Shown piece by piece: positions 17,901 to 32,900 of a stretch of 64,000 nt of DNA. How positions within the stretch are numbered: the first letter of the stretch is position 1; each line of letters starts with the position of its first letter. The notes under the pieces were generated by a model. It worked only from the letters and a program-made list of their open reading frames with translations. It was not told the origin of the DNA and ran no database searches. Position numbers and translations under genes: made by a program. The stretch lies in assembly GCA_964016885.1 (NCBI GenBank), contig OZ024740.1:418748001-418812000 (forward strand), written 5' to 3'. Source of the stretch: Eledone cirrhosa. Taxonomy: Eukaryota.

Positions 17901-20900
17901 AGTAGTTTATCTAAGACTATAGTAGTATATCTAAGACTATACTAGTACATCTAAGACTATATTAGTACATCTAAGACTTTAGTAGTATATCTAAGACTAT
18001 AGTAGTAAATCTGAGACTATAGTAGTACATGTAAGACTATACTAGTACATCTAAGACTATAGTAGTACATCTAAGACTATAGTAGTATATCTAAGACTAT
18101 ACTAGTACATCTAAGACTATAGTAGTACATCTAAGACAGTAGTAGTATATCTAAGGGTATAGTAGTAACTCTGAGACTATAGTAGTATATCTAAGACTAT
18201 AGTAGTATATCTAAGACTATAGTAGTATATCTAAGACTATAGTAGTACATCTAAGATTATAGTAGTACATCTAAGACTATAGTAGTATATCCAAGACTGT
18301 AGTAGTACATCTAAAATTATAGTAGTAAATCTGAGACTATAGTAGTACATCTAAGACTATAGTAGTACAGCTAAGACTATAGTAGTATATATAAGATTAT
18401 AGTAGTAGATCTAAGACTATAGTAGTACATCTAAGACTATAGTAGTATATCTAAGACTATAGTAGTATATCTAAGATTATAGTAGTACATCTAAGACTAT
18501 AGTAGTACATCTAAGACTATAGTAGTAAATCTGAGACTATAGTAGTACATCTAAGACAATATTAGTACATCTAAGACTATAGTAGTACATCTAAGACTAT
18601 AGTAGTATATCTAAGATTATAGTAGTACATCTAAGACTATAGTAGTACATCTAAAACTATAGTAGTATATCTAAGACTAAGTAGTATATCTAAGACTATA
18701 GTAGTACATCTAAGACAATAGTAGTACATCTAAGTCTATAGTAGTATATCTAAGACTGTAGTAGTACATCTAAGACTATAGTAGTACATCTAAGACTATA
18801 GTAGTACATCAAAGACTATAGTAGTACATCTAAGACTATAGTAGTACATCTAAGACTATAGTAGTATATGTAAGACTATAGTAATATATCTAAGAACATA
18901 GTACTACATTTAAGACTATAGTAGTATATCTAAGACTATGGTAGTATATCAAAGACTAAGTAGTATATCTAAGACTATAGTAGTACATCTAAGACTATAG
19001 TAGTATATCTAAGGCTATAGTAGTATATCTAAGACTATAGTAGTACATCTAAAACTATAGTAGTATATCTAAGACTAAGTAGTATATCTAAGACTATAGT
19101 AGTACATCTAAGACAATAGTAGTACATCTAAGTCTATAGTAGTATATCTAAGACTGTAGTAGTACATCTAAGACTATAGTAGTACATCTAAGACTATAGT
19201 AGTACATCAAAGACTATAGTAGTACATCTAAGACTATAGTAGTACATCTAAGACTATAGTAGTATATGTAAGACTATAGTAATATATCTAAGAACATAGT
19301 ACTACATTTAAGACTATAGTAGTATATCTAGGACTATAGTAGTACATCTAAGACTATAGTAGTATATCTAAGACTGTAGTAGTATATCTAAGACTATAGT
19401 AGTATATCTAAGACTATAGTAGTACATCTAAAACTATAGTAGTATATCTAAGACTATAGTAGTATAACTAAGACTGTAGTAGTATTTCTAAGACTATAGT
19501 AGTACATCTAAGACTATAGTAGTACATCTAAGACTGTAGTAGTACATCTAAGACTATAGTAGTATATCTAAGATTATAGTAGTAAATCTGAGACTGTAGT
19601 AGTATATCTAAGACTATAGTAGTACATCTAAGACTATAGTAGTAAATATGTGACTATAGTAGTACATCTAAGACTGTAGTAGTACATCTAAGACTATAGT
19701 AGTACATCTAAGACTATAGTAGGATATCTAAGACTATAGTAGTACATCTAAGACTATAGTAGTATATCTAAGACTATAGTAGTATATCCAAGACTATAGT
19801 ATTATATCTAAGACTATAGTAGTTAATCTGAGACTATGGTAGTACATCTGAGACTATAGTAGTAAATCTGAGACTATAGTAGTACATCTAAGACTATAGT
19901 AGTACATCTAAGACTATATTAGTATATCTAAGACTATAGTAGTCTATCTAAGACTATAGTAGTATATCTAAGACAATAGTAGTATATCTAAGACTATAGT
20001 AGTATATCTAAGACTATAGTACTACATCTAAGACTATAGTAGTACATCTAAGACTATAGTAGTATATCTAAGACTATAGTAGTAAATCTGAGACTATAGT
20101 AGTACATCTAAGACTATAGTAGTACATCTAAGACTATAGTAGTATATCTAAGACAATAGTACTACATCTAAGACTATAGTAGTACATCTGAGACTATAGT
20201 AGTAAATCTGAGAACTATAGTAGTATATTTAAGCCTCTAGTAGTACATCTAAGACTATAGTAGTATATTTAAGCCTCTAGTAGTACATCTAAGACTATAG
20301 TAGTATATCTAAGACTATAGTAGTATATCTAAGACTATAGTAGTATATCTAAAACTATAGTACTACATCTAAGACTATAGTAGTACATGTAAGACTATAA
20401 TAGTATATCTAAGACTATAGTAGTAAATCTAAGACTATAGTAGTTTATCTAAGACTATAGTAGTATATCTAAGACTATACTAGTACATCTAAGACTATAT
20501 TAGTACATCTAAGACTTTAGTAGTATATCTAAGACTATAGTAGTAAATCTGAGACTATAGTAGTACATGTAAGACTATACTAGTACATCTAAGACTATAG
20601 TAGTACATCTAAGACTATAGTAGTATATCTAAGACTATACTAGTACATCTAAGACTATAGTAGTACATCTAAGACTGTAGTAGTATATCTAAGGGTATAG
20701 TAGTAACTCTGAGACTATAGTAGTATATCTAAGACTATAGTAGTATATCTAAGACTATAGTAGTATATCTAAGACAATAGTAGTACATCTAAGATTATAG
20801 TAGTACATCTAAGACTATAGTAGTATATCCAAGACTGTAGTAGTACATCTAAGATTATAGTAGTAAATCTGAGACTATAGTAGTACATCTAAGACTATAG

Positions 20901-23900
20901 TAGTACATCTAAGACTATAGTAGTATATATAAGATTATAGTAGTACATCTAAGACTATAGTAGTACATCTAAGACTATAGTAGTATATCTAAGATTGTAG
21001 TAGTACATCTAAGACTATAGTAGTACATCTAAGACAATAGTAGTATATCTAAGACTATGGTAGTATATCAAAGACTAAGTAGTATATCTAAGACTATAGT
21101 AGTACATCTAAGATTATAGTAGTACATCTAAGACTATAGTAGTATATCCAAGACTGTAGTAGTACATCTAAGATTATAGTAGTAAATCTGAGACTATAGT
21201 AGTACATCTAAGACTATAGTAGTACATCTAAGACTATAGTAGTATATTTAAGCCTCTAGTAGTACATCTAAGACTATAGTAGTATATCTAAGACTATAGT
21301 AGTATATCTAACACTATAGTGGTATATCTAAGACTATAGTAGTATATCTAAGACTATAGTAGTACATCTAAGACTATAGTAGTATATTTAAGCCTCTAGT
21401 AGTACATCTAAGACTATAGTAGTATATCTAAGACTATAGTAGTCTATCTAAGACTATAGTAGTATATCTAAGACAATAGTAGTATATCTAAGACTATAGT
21501 AGTATATCTAAGACTATAGTACTACATCTAAGACTATAGTAGTACATCTAAGACAATAGTAGTATTTCTAAGAGTATAGTAGTAAATCTGAGACTATAGT
21601 AGTACATCTAAGACTATAGTAGTACATCTAAGACTATAGTAGTATATCTAAGACTATAGTACTACATCTAAGACTATAGTAGTACATCTGAGACTATAGT
21701 AGTAAATCTGAGACTATAGTAGTATATTTAAGCCTCTAGTAGTACATCTAAGACAATAGTAGTATATTTAAGCCTCTAGTAGTACATCTAAGACTATAGT
21801 AGTATATCTAAGACTATAGTAGTATATCTAAGACTATAGTAGTATATCTAAAACTATAGTACTACATCTAAGACTATAGTAGTACATCTAAGACTATAGC
21901 AGTATATCTAAGACTATAGTAGTAAATCTAAGACTATAGTAGTATATCTAAGACTATAGTAGTATATCTAAGACTATACTAGTATATCTAAGACTATATT
22001 AGTACATCTAAGACTTTAGTAGTATATCTAAGACTATAGTAGTAAATCTGAGACTATAGTAGTATATCTAAGATTATAGTAGTACATCTAAGACTATAGT
22101 AGTACATCTAAGACTATAGTAGTATATCTAAGACTATACTAGTACATCTAAGACTATAGCAGTACATCTAAGACTGTAGTAGTATATCTAAGGGTATAGT
22201 AGTAACTCTGAGACTATAGTAGTATATCTAAGACTATAGTAGTATATCTAAGACTATAGTAGTACATCTAAGATTATAGTAGTACATCTAAGACTATAGT
22301 AGTATATCCAAGACTGTAGTAGTACATCTAAGACTATAGTAGTAAATCTGAGACTATAGTAGTACATCTAAGACTATAGTAGTACATCTAAGACTATAGT
22401 AGTATATCTAAGATTATAGTAGTACATCTAAGACTATAGTAGTACATCTAAGACTATAGTAGTATATCTAAGACTATAGTAGTATATCTAAGATTATAGT
22501 AGTACATCTAAGACTATTGTAGTACATCTAAAACTATAGTAGTAAATCTGAGACTATAGTAGTACATCTAAGACAATATTAGTACATCTAAGACTATAGT
22601 AGTACATCTAAGACTATAGTAGTATATCTAAGATTATAGTAGTACATCTAAGACAATAGTAGTATATCTAAGACTATGGTAGTATATCAAAGACTAAGTA
22701 GTATATCTGAGACTATAATAGTACATCTAAGACTATAGTAGTATATCTAAGACTATAGTAGTATATCTAAGACTATAGTAGAACATCTAAGACTATAGTA
22801 GTATATCTAAGACGAAGTAGTATATCTAAGACTATAGTAGTACATCTAAGACAATAGTAGTACATCTAAGGCTATAGTAGTATATCTAAGACTGTAGTAG
22901 TACATCTAAGACTATAGTAGTACATCTAAGACTATAGTAGTACATCTATGACTATAGTAGTACATCTAAGACTATAGTAGTACATCTAAGACGATAGTAG
23001 TATATCTAAGACTATAGTAATATATCTAAGAACATAGTACTACATTTAAGACTATAGTAGTATATCTAGGACTATAGTAGTACATCTAAGACTATAGTAG
23101 TATATCTAAGACTGTAGTAGTATATCTAAGACTATAGTAGTATATCTAAGACTATAGTAGTACATCTAAGACTATAGTAGTATATCTAAGACTATAGTAG
23201 TATAACTAAGACTGTAGTAGTATTTCTAAGACTATAGTAGTACATATAAGACTATAGTAGTACATCTAAGACTGTAGTAGTACATCTAAGACTATAGTAG
23301 TATATCTAAGATTATAGTAGTAAATCTGAGACTGTAGTAGTATGTCTAAGACTATAGTAGTATATCTAAGATTATAGTTGTAAATCTGAGACTGTAGTAG
23401 TATATCTAAGACTATAGTAGTACATCTAAGACTATAGTAGTAAATATGTGACTATAGTAGTACATCTAAGACTGTAGTAGTACATCTAAGACTATAGTAG
23501 TAGATCTAAGACTATAGTAGGATATCTAAGACTATAGTAGTATATCTAAGACTATAGTAGTATATCTAAGACTATAGTAGTACATCTAAGACTATAGTAG
23601 TATATCTAAGACGAAGTAGTATATCTAAGACTATAGTAGTACATCTAAGACAATAGTAGTACATCTAAGGCTATAGTAGTATATCTAAGACTGTAGTAGT
23701 ACATCTAAGACTATAGTAGTACATCTAAGACTATAGTAGTACATCTATGACTATAGTAGTATATCTAAGATTATAGTAGTAAATCTGAGACTGTAGTAGT
23801 ACATCTAATACTATAGTAGTATATCTAAGACTGTAGTAATATATCTAAGACTGTAGTAGTACATCTAAGACTATAGTAGTAAATATGTGACTATAGTAGT

Positions 23901-26900
23901 AAATATGTGACTATAGTAGTACATCAAAGACTGTAGTAGTACATCTAAGACTATAGTAGTACATCTAAGACTGTAGTAGTATATCTAAGACTATAGTAGT
24001 ATATCTAAGATTATAGTAGTATATCTAAGACTATAGTAGTACATCTAAGACTATAGTAGTACATCTAAGTCTATAGTAGTATATCTAAGACTATAGTAGT
24101 ACATCTAAGGCTATAATAGTATATCTAAGACTATAGTTGTATATCTAAGACTATAGTAGTACATCTAAGGCTATAGTAGTATATCTAAGACTATAGTAGT
24201 ACATCTAAGACTATAGTAGTACATCTAAGACTATAGTAGTATATCTAAGACTATAGTAGTACATCTAAGACTATAGTAGTATATCTAAGACTATAGTAGT
24301 ATATCTAAGCTTATAGTAGTATATCTAAGACTATAGTAGTATATCTAAGAGTGTAGTATTATATCTAAGACTATAGTAGTATATCTAAGACTGTAGTAGT
24401 ATATCTAAGACTATAGTAGTATATCTAAGACTATAGTAGTATATCTAAGACTGTAGTAGTATATCTAAGACTATAGTAGTATATCTAAGACTATAGTAGT
24501 ATATCTAAGACTGTAGTAGTATATCTAAGACTATAGTTGTATATCTAAGACTATAGTAGTATATCTAAGAGTATAGTAGTACATCTAAGACTATAGTAGT
24601 ATATCTAAGAGTATAGTAGTACATCTAAGACTATAGTAGTATATCTAAGACTATAGTAGTACATCTAAGACTATAGTAGTACATCTAAGACTATAGTAGT
24701 ATATCTAAGACTATAGTAGTATATCTAAGACTAAGTAGTATATCTAAGACTATAGTGGTACATCTAAGACTATAGTAGTACATCTAAGACGATAGTAGTA
24801 CATCTAAGACTATAGTAGTATATCTAAGACTATAGTTGTATATCTAAGAGTATAGTAGTACATCTAAGACTATAGTAGTACATCTAAGGCTATAGTAGTA
24901 CATCTATGACTATAGTAGTACATCTAAGACTATAGTAGTATATCTAAGACTGTAGTAGTACATCTAAGACTGAAGTAGTACATCTCAGTCTATAGTAGTA
25001 AATCTTCGACTATAGTAGTATATCTTAGACTATAGTAGTATATCTAAGACTATAATAGTACATCTAAGACTATAGTAGTATATCCAAGACAATAGTAGTA
25101 TATCTAAGACTATAGTAGTATATCTAAGACTATATTAGTACATCTAAGACTATAGTAGTACATCTAAGACTATAGTAGTATATCTAAGACTATAGTAGTA
25201 TATCTAAGACTATAGTAGTACATCTAAGACTGTAGTAGTATATCTAAGACTATAGTAGTATATCTAAGAATATAGTAATATATCTAAGACTGTAGTAGTA
25301 CATCTAAGACTATAGTAGTACATCTAAGTCTATAGTTGTATATCTAAAACTATAGTTGTACATCTAAAACTATAGTAGTACATCTAAGACTATAGTAGTA
25401 TATCTAAGACTATAGTAGTACATCTAAGACTATAGTAGTAAATCTGAGACAATAGTAGTACATCTAAGACTATAGTAGTCCATCGAAGCCTCTAGTAGTA
25501 CATTGAAGACTATAGTAGTATATCTAAGACTATAGTAGTATATCTAAGACTATAGTAGTAAATCTGAGACTATAGTAGTACATCTAAGCCTATACTAGTA
25601 TATCTAGGACTATAGTCGTAAATATGAGACTATAGTAGTAAATCTGAGACTATAGTAGTACAGCTAAGACTGTAGTAGTATATCTAAGACTATACTAGTA
25701 CATGTAAGACTATATTAGTACATCTGAGACTATAGTAGTACATCTAAGACTATAGTAGTATATCTAAGACTATACTAGTACATCTAAGACTGTAGTAGTA
25801 TATCTAAGGGTATAGGAGTAACTCTGAGACAATAGTAGTATATCTAAGACTATAGTAGTATATCTAAGACTATAGTAGTATATCTAAGACTATAGTAGTA
25901 CATCTAAGATTATAGTAGTACATCTAAGACTATAGTAGTATATCCAAGACTGTAATAGTACATCTAAGACTATAGTAGTAAATCTGAGACTATAGTAGTA
26001 CATCTAAGACTATAGTAGTACATCTAAGATTATTGTAGTTTATCTAAGATTATAGTAGTACATCTAAGACTATAGTAGTACATCTAAGACTATAGTAGTA
26101 AATCTGAGACTATAGTAGTACATCTAAGACAATATTAGTACATCTAAGACTATAGTAGTACATCTAGGACTATAGTAGTATATCTAAGACTATACTAGTA
26201 CATCTAAGATTATAGTAGTACATCTAAGACTATAGTAGTACATCTAAGACAATAGTAGTATATCTAAGACTATGGTAGTATATCAAAGACTAAGTAGTAT
26301 ATCTAAGACTATAGTAGTAAATCTAAGACTATAGTAGTATATCTAAGGCTATAGTAGTATATCTAAGAATATAGTAGTACATCTAAGACTATAGTAGTAT
26401 ATCTAAGACTAAGTAGTATATTTAAGACTATAGTAGTACATCTAAGACAATAGTAGTACATCTAAGGCTATAGTAGTATATCTAAAACTGTAGTAGTACA
26501 TCTAAGACTATAGTAGTACATTTAAGACTATAGTAGTACATCTAAGACTATAGTAGTACATCTAAGACTATAGTAGTATATCTAAGACTATAGTAATATA
26601 TCTAAGAACATAGTACTACATTTAAGACTATAGTAGTATATCTAGGACTATGGTAGTACATCTAAGACTATAGTAGTATATCTAAGACTGTAGTAGTATA
26701 TCTAAGACTATAGTAGTATATCTAAGACTATAGTAGTACATCTAAGACTATAGTAGTATATCTAAGACTATAGTAGTATAACTAAGACTGTAGTAGTATT
26801 TCTAAGACTATAGTAGTACATCTAAGACTATAGTAGTACATCTAAGAGTATAGTAGTACATCTAAGACAGTATTAGTACATCTAAGACTATAGTAGTATA

Positions 26901-29900
26901 TCTAAGATTATAGTAGTAAATCTGAGACTGTAGTAGTACATCTAATACTATAGTAGTATATCTAAGACTGTAGTAATATATCTAAGACTGTAGTAGTACA
27001 TCTAAGACTATAGTAGTAAATATGTGACAATAGTAGTACATCTAAGACTATAGTAGTCCATCGAAGCCTCTAGTAGTACATTGAAGACTATAGTAGTATA
27101 TCTAAGACTATAGTAGTATATCTAAGACTATAGTAGTAAATCTGAGACTATAGTAGTACATCTAAGACTATACTAGTATATCTAGGACTATAGTCGTAAA
27201 TATGAGACTATAGTAGTAAATCTGAGACTAGAGTAGTACAGCTAAGACTGTAGTAGTATATCTAAGACTATACTAGTACATCTAAGACTATATTAGTACA
27301 TCTAAGACTTTAGTAGTATATCTAAGACTATAGTAGTAAATCTGAGACTATAGTAGTACATCTAAGACTATAGTAGTATATCTAAGACTATACTAGTACA
27401 TCTAAGACTGTAGTAGTATATCTAAGGGTATAGTAGTAACTCTGAGACTATAGTCGTATATCTAAGACTATAGTAGTATATCTAAGACTATAGTAGTATA
27501 TCTAAGACTATAGTAGTACATCTAAGATTATAGTAGTACATCTAAGACTATAGTAGTATATCCAAGACTGTAGTAGTACATCTAAGACTATAGTAGTAAA
27601 TCTGAGACTATAGTAGTACATCTAAGACTATAGTAGTACATCTAAGATTATAGTAGTTTATCTAAGATTATAGTAGTACATCTAAGACTATAGTAGTACA
27701 TCTAAGACTATAGTAGTAAATCTGAGACTATAGTAGTACATCTAAGACAATATTAGTACATCTAAGACTATAGTAGTACATCTAGGACTATAGTAGTATA
27801 TCTAAGACTATACTAGTACATCTAAGATTATAGTAGTACATCTAAGACTATAGTAGTACATCTAAGACAATAGTAGTATATCTAAGACTATGGTAGCATA
27901 TCAAAGACTAAGTAGTATATCTAAGACTATAGTAGTACATCTAAGACTATAGTAGTATATCTAAGGCTATAGTAGTATATCTAAGAATATAGTAGTACAT
28001 CTAAGACTATAGTAGTATATCTAAGACTAAGTAGTATATTTAAGACTATAGTAGTACATCTAAGACAATAGTAGTACATCTAAGGCTATAGTAGTATATC
28101 TAAAACTGTAGTAGTACATCTAAGACTATAGTAGTACATCTAAGACTATAGTAGTACATCTAAGACTATAGTAGTACATCTAAGACTATAGTAGTATATC
28201 TAAGACTATAGTAATATATCTAAGAACATAGTACTACATTTAAGACTATAGTAGTATATCTAGGACTATGGTAGTACATCTAAGACTATAGTAGTATATC
28301 TAAGACTGTAGTAGTATATCTAAGACTATAGTAGTATATCTAAGACTATAGTAGTACATCTAAGACTATAGTAGTATATCTAAGACTATAGTAGTATAAC
28401 TAAGACTGTAGTAGTATTTCTAAGACTATAGTAGTACATCTAAGACTATAGTAGTACATCTAAGAGTATAGTAGTATATCTAAGATTATAGTAGTAAATC
28501 TGAGACTGTAGTAGTACATCTAATACTATAGTAGTATATCTAAGACTGTAGTAATATATCTAAGACTGTAGTAGTACATCTAAGACTATAGTAGTAAATA
28601 TGTGACTATAGTAGTAAATATGTGACTATAGTAGTACATCAAAGACTGTAGTAGTACATCTAAGACTATAGTAGTACATCTAAGACTGTAGTAGTATATC
28701 TAAGACTATAGTAGTATATCTAAGATTATAGTAGTAAATCTGAGACTGTAGTAGTATATTTAAGCCACTAGTAGTACATCTAAGACTATAGTAGTATATC
28801 TAAGACTGTAGTAGTACATCTAAGACTGTAGTAGTAAATATGTGACTATAGTAGTATATCTAAAACTGTAGTAGTACATCTAAGACTATAGTAGTACATC
28901 TAAGACTATAGTAGTATATCTAAGACTATAGTAGTACATCTAAGACTATAGTAGTAAATATGTGACTATAGTAGTACATCTAAGACTATAGTAGTACATC
29001 TAAGACTATAGTAGTATATCTAAGACTATAGTAGTACATCTAAGGCTATAATAGTATATCTAAGACTATAGTTGTATATCTAAGACTATAGTAGTACATC
29101 TAAGGCTATAGTAGTATATCTAAGACTATAGTAGTACATCTAAGACTATAGTAGTACATCTAAGACTATAGTAGTATATCTAAAACTATAGTAGTAATTC
29201 AAGAATATAGTAGTATATCTAAGACTATAGTAGTATATCTAATCCTATAGTAGTATATCTAAGACTATAGTAGTATATCTAAGACTGTAATAGTATATCT
29301 AAGACTATAGTAGTATATCTAAGACTGTAGTAGTATATCTAAGACTATAGTAGTATATCTAAGACTATAGTAGTATATCTAAGACTGTAGTAGTATATCT
29401 AAGACTATAGTAGTATATCTAAGACTATAGTAGTATATCTAAGACTGTAGTAGTATATCTAAGACTATAGTAGTATATCTAAGAGTATAGTAGTACATCT
29501 AAGACTATAGTAGTATATGTAAGACTATAGTAGTACATCTAAGACTATAGTAGCATATCTAAGACTATAGTAGTATATCTAAGAGTATAGTAGTACATCT
29601 AAGACTATAGTAGTATATCTAAGAGTATAGTAGTATATCTAAGACTAAGTAGTATATCTAAGACTATAGTAGTGCATCTAAGACTATAGTAGTACATCTA
29701 AGACGATAGTAGTACATCTAAGACTATAGTAGTATATCTAAGACTATAGTTGTATATCTAAGAGTATAGTAGTACATCGAAGACTATAGTAGTACATCTA
29801 AGATTATAGTAGTACATCTAAGACTATAGTAGTACATCTAAGACAATAGTAGTATATCTAAGACTATGGTAGTATATCAAAGACTAAGTAGTATATCTAA

Positions 29901-32900
29901 GACTATAGTAGTACGTCTAAGACTATAGTAGTATATCTAAGGTTATAGTAGTATATCTAAGAATATAGTAGTACATCTAAGACTATAGTAGTATATCTAA
30001 GACTAAGTAGTATATCTAAGACTATAGTAGTACATCTAAGACAATAGTAGTACATCTAAGGCTATAGTAGTATATCTAAAACTGTAGTAGAACATCTAAG
30101 ACTATAGTAGTACATCTAAGACTATAGTAGTACATCTAAGACTATAGTAGTATATCTAAGACTATAGTAATATATCTAAGAACATAGTACTACATTTAAG
30201 ACTATAGTAGTATATCTAGGACTATGGTAGTACATCTAAGACTATAGTAGTATATCTAAGACTGTAGTAGTATATCTAAGACTATAGTAGTATATCTAAG
30301 ACTATAGTAGTACATCTAAAACTATAGTAGTATATCTAAGACTATAGTAGTATAACTAAGACTGTAGTAGTATTTCTAAGACTATAGTAGTACATCTAAG
30401 ACTATAGTAGTACATCTAAGAATATAGTAGTACATCTAAGACTGTAGTAGTACATCTAAGACTATAGTAGTATATCTAAGATTATAGTAGTAAATCTGAG
30501 ACTGTAGTAGTACATCTAATACTATAGTAGTATATCTAAGACTGTAGTAATATATCTAAAACTGTAGTAGTACATCTAAGACTATAGTAGTACATCTAAG
30601 ATTATAGTAGTTTATCTAAGATTATAGTAGTACATCTAAGACTATAGTAGTACATCTAAGACTATAGTAGTAAATCTGAGACTATAGTAGTACATCTAAG
30701 ACAATATTAGTACATCTAAGACTATAGTAGTACATCTAGGACTATAGTAGTATATCTAAGACTATACTAGTACATCTAAGATTATAGTAGTACATCTAAG
30801 ACTATAGTAGTACATCTAAGACAATAGTAGTATATCTAAGACTATGGTAGCATATCAAAGACTAAGTAGTATATCTAAGACTATAGTAGTACATCTAAGA
30901 CTATAGTAGTATATCTAAGGCTATAGTAGTATATCTAAGAATATAGTAGTACATCTAAGACTATAGTAGTATATCTAAGACTAAGTAGTATATTTAAGAC
31001 TATAGTAGTACATCTAAGACAATAGTAGTACATCTAAGGCTATAGTAGTATATCTAAAACTGTAGTAGTACATCTAAGACTATAGTAGTACATCTAAGAC
31101 TATAGTAGTACATCTAAGACTATAGTAGTACATCTAAGACTATAGTAGTATATCTAAGACTATAGTAATATATCTAAGAACATAGTACTACATTTAAGAC
31201 TATAGTAGTATATCTAGGACTATGGTAGTACATCTAAGACTATAGTAGTATATCTAAGACTGTAGTAGTATATCTAAGACTATAGTAGTATATCTAAGAC
31301 TATAGTAGTACATCTAAGACTATAGTAGTATATCTAAGACTATAGTAGTATAACTAAGACTGTAGTAGTATTTCTAAGACTATAGTAGTACATCTAAGAC
31401 TATAGTAGTACATCTAAGAGTATAGTAGTACATCTAAGACAGTAGTAGTACATCTAAGACTATAGTAGTATATCTAAGATTATAGTAGTAAATCTGAGAC
31501 TGTAGTAGTACATCTAATACTATAGTAGTATATCTAAGACTGTAGTAATATATCTAAGACTGTAGTAGTACATCTAAGACTATAGTAGTAAATATGTGAC
31601 TATAGTAGTAAATATGTGACTATAGTAGTACATCAAAGACTGTAGTAGTACATCTAAGACTATAGTAGTACATCTAAGACTGTAGTAGTATATCTAAGAC
31701 TATAGTAGTATATCTAAGATTATAGTAGTAAATCTGAGACTGTAGTAGTATATTTAAGCCACTAGTAGTACATCTAAGACTATAGTAGTATATCTAAGAC
31801 TGTAGTAGTACATCTAAGACTGTAGTAGTAAATATGTGACTATAGTAGTATATCTAAAACTGTAGTAGTACATCTAAGACTATAGTAGTACATCTAAGAC
31901 TATAGTAGTATATCTAAGACTATAGTAGTACATCTAAGACTATAGTAGTAAATATGTGACTATAGTAGTACATCTAAGACTATAGTAGTACATCTAAGAC
32001 TATAGTAGTATATCTAAGACTATAGTAGTACATCTAAGGCTATAATAGTATATCTAAGACTATAGTTGTATATCTAAGACTATAGTAGTACATCTAAGGC
32101 TATAGTAGTATATCTAAGACTATAGTAGTACATCTAAGACTATAGTAGTACATCTAAGACTATAGTAGTATATCTAAAACTATAGTAGTAATTCAAGAAT
32201 ATAGTAGTATATCTAAGACTATAGTAGTATATCTAATCCTATAGTAGTATATCTAAGACTATAGTAGTATATCTAAGACTGTAATAGTATATCTAAGACT
32301 ATAGTAGTATATCTAAGACTGTAGTAGTATATCTAAGACTATAGTAGTATATCTAAGACTATAGTAGTATATCTAAGACTGTAGTAGTATATCTAAGACT
32401 ATAGTAGTATATCTAAGACTATAGTAGTATATCTAAGACTGTAGTAGTATATCTAAGACTATAGTAGTATATCTAAGAGTATAGTAGTACATCTAAGACT
32501 ATAGTAGTATATGTAAGACTATAGTAGTACATCTAAGACTATAGTAGCATATCTAAGACTATAGTAGTATATCTAAGAGTATAGTAGTACATCTAAGACT
32601 ATAGTAGTATATCTAAGAGTATAGTAGTATATCTAAGACTAAGTAGTATATCTAAGACTATAGTAGTGCATCTAAGACTATAGTAGTACATCTAAGACGA
32701 TAGTAGTACATCTAAGACTATAGTAGTATATCTAAGACTATAGTTGTATATCTAAGAGTATAGTAGTACATCGAAGACTATAGTAGTACATCTAAGATTA
32801 TAGTAGTACATCTAAGACTATAGTAGTACATCTAAGACAATAGTAGTATATCTAAGACTATGGTAGTATATCAAAGACTAAGTAGTATATCTAAGACTAT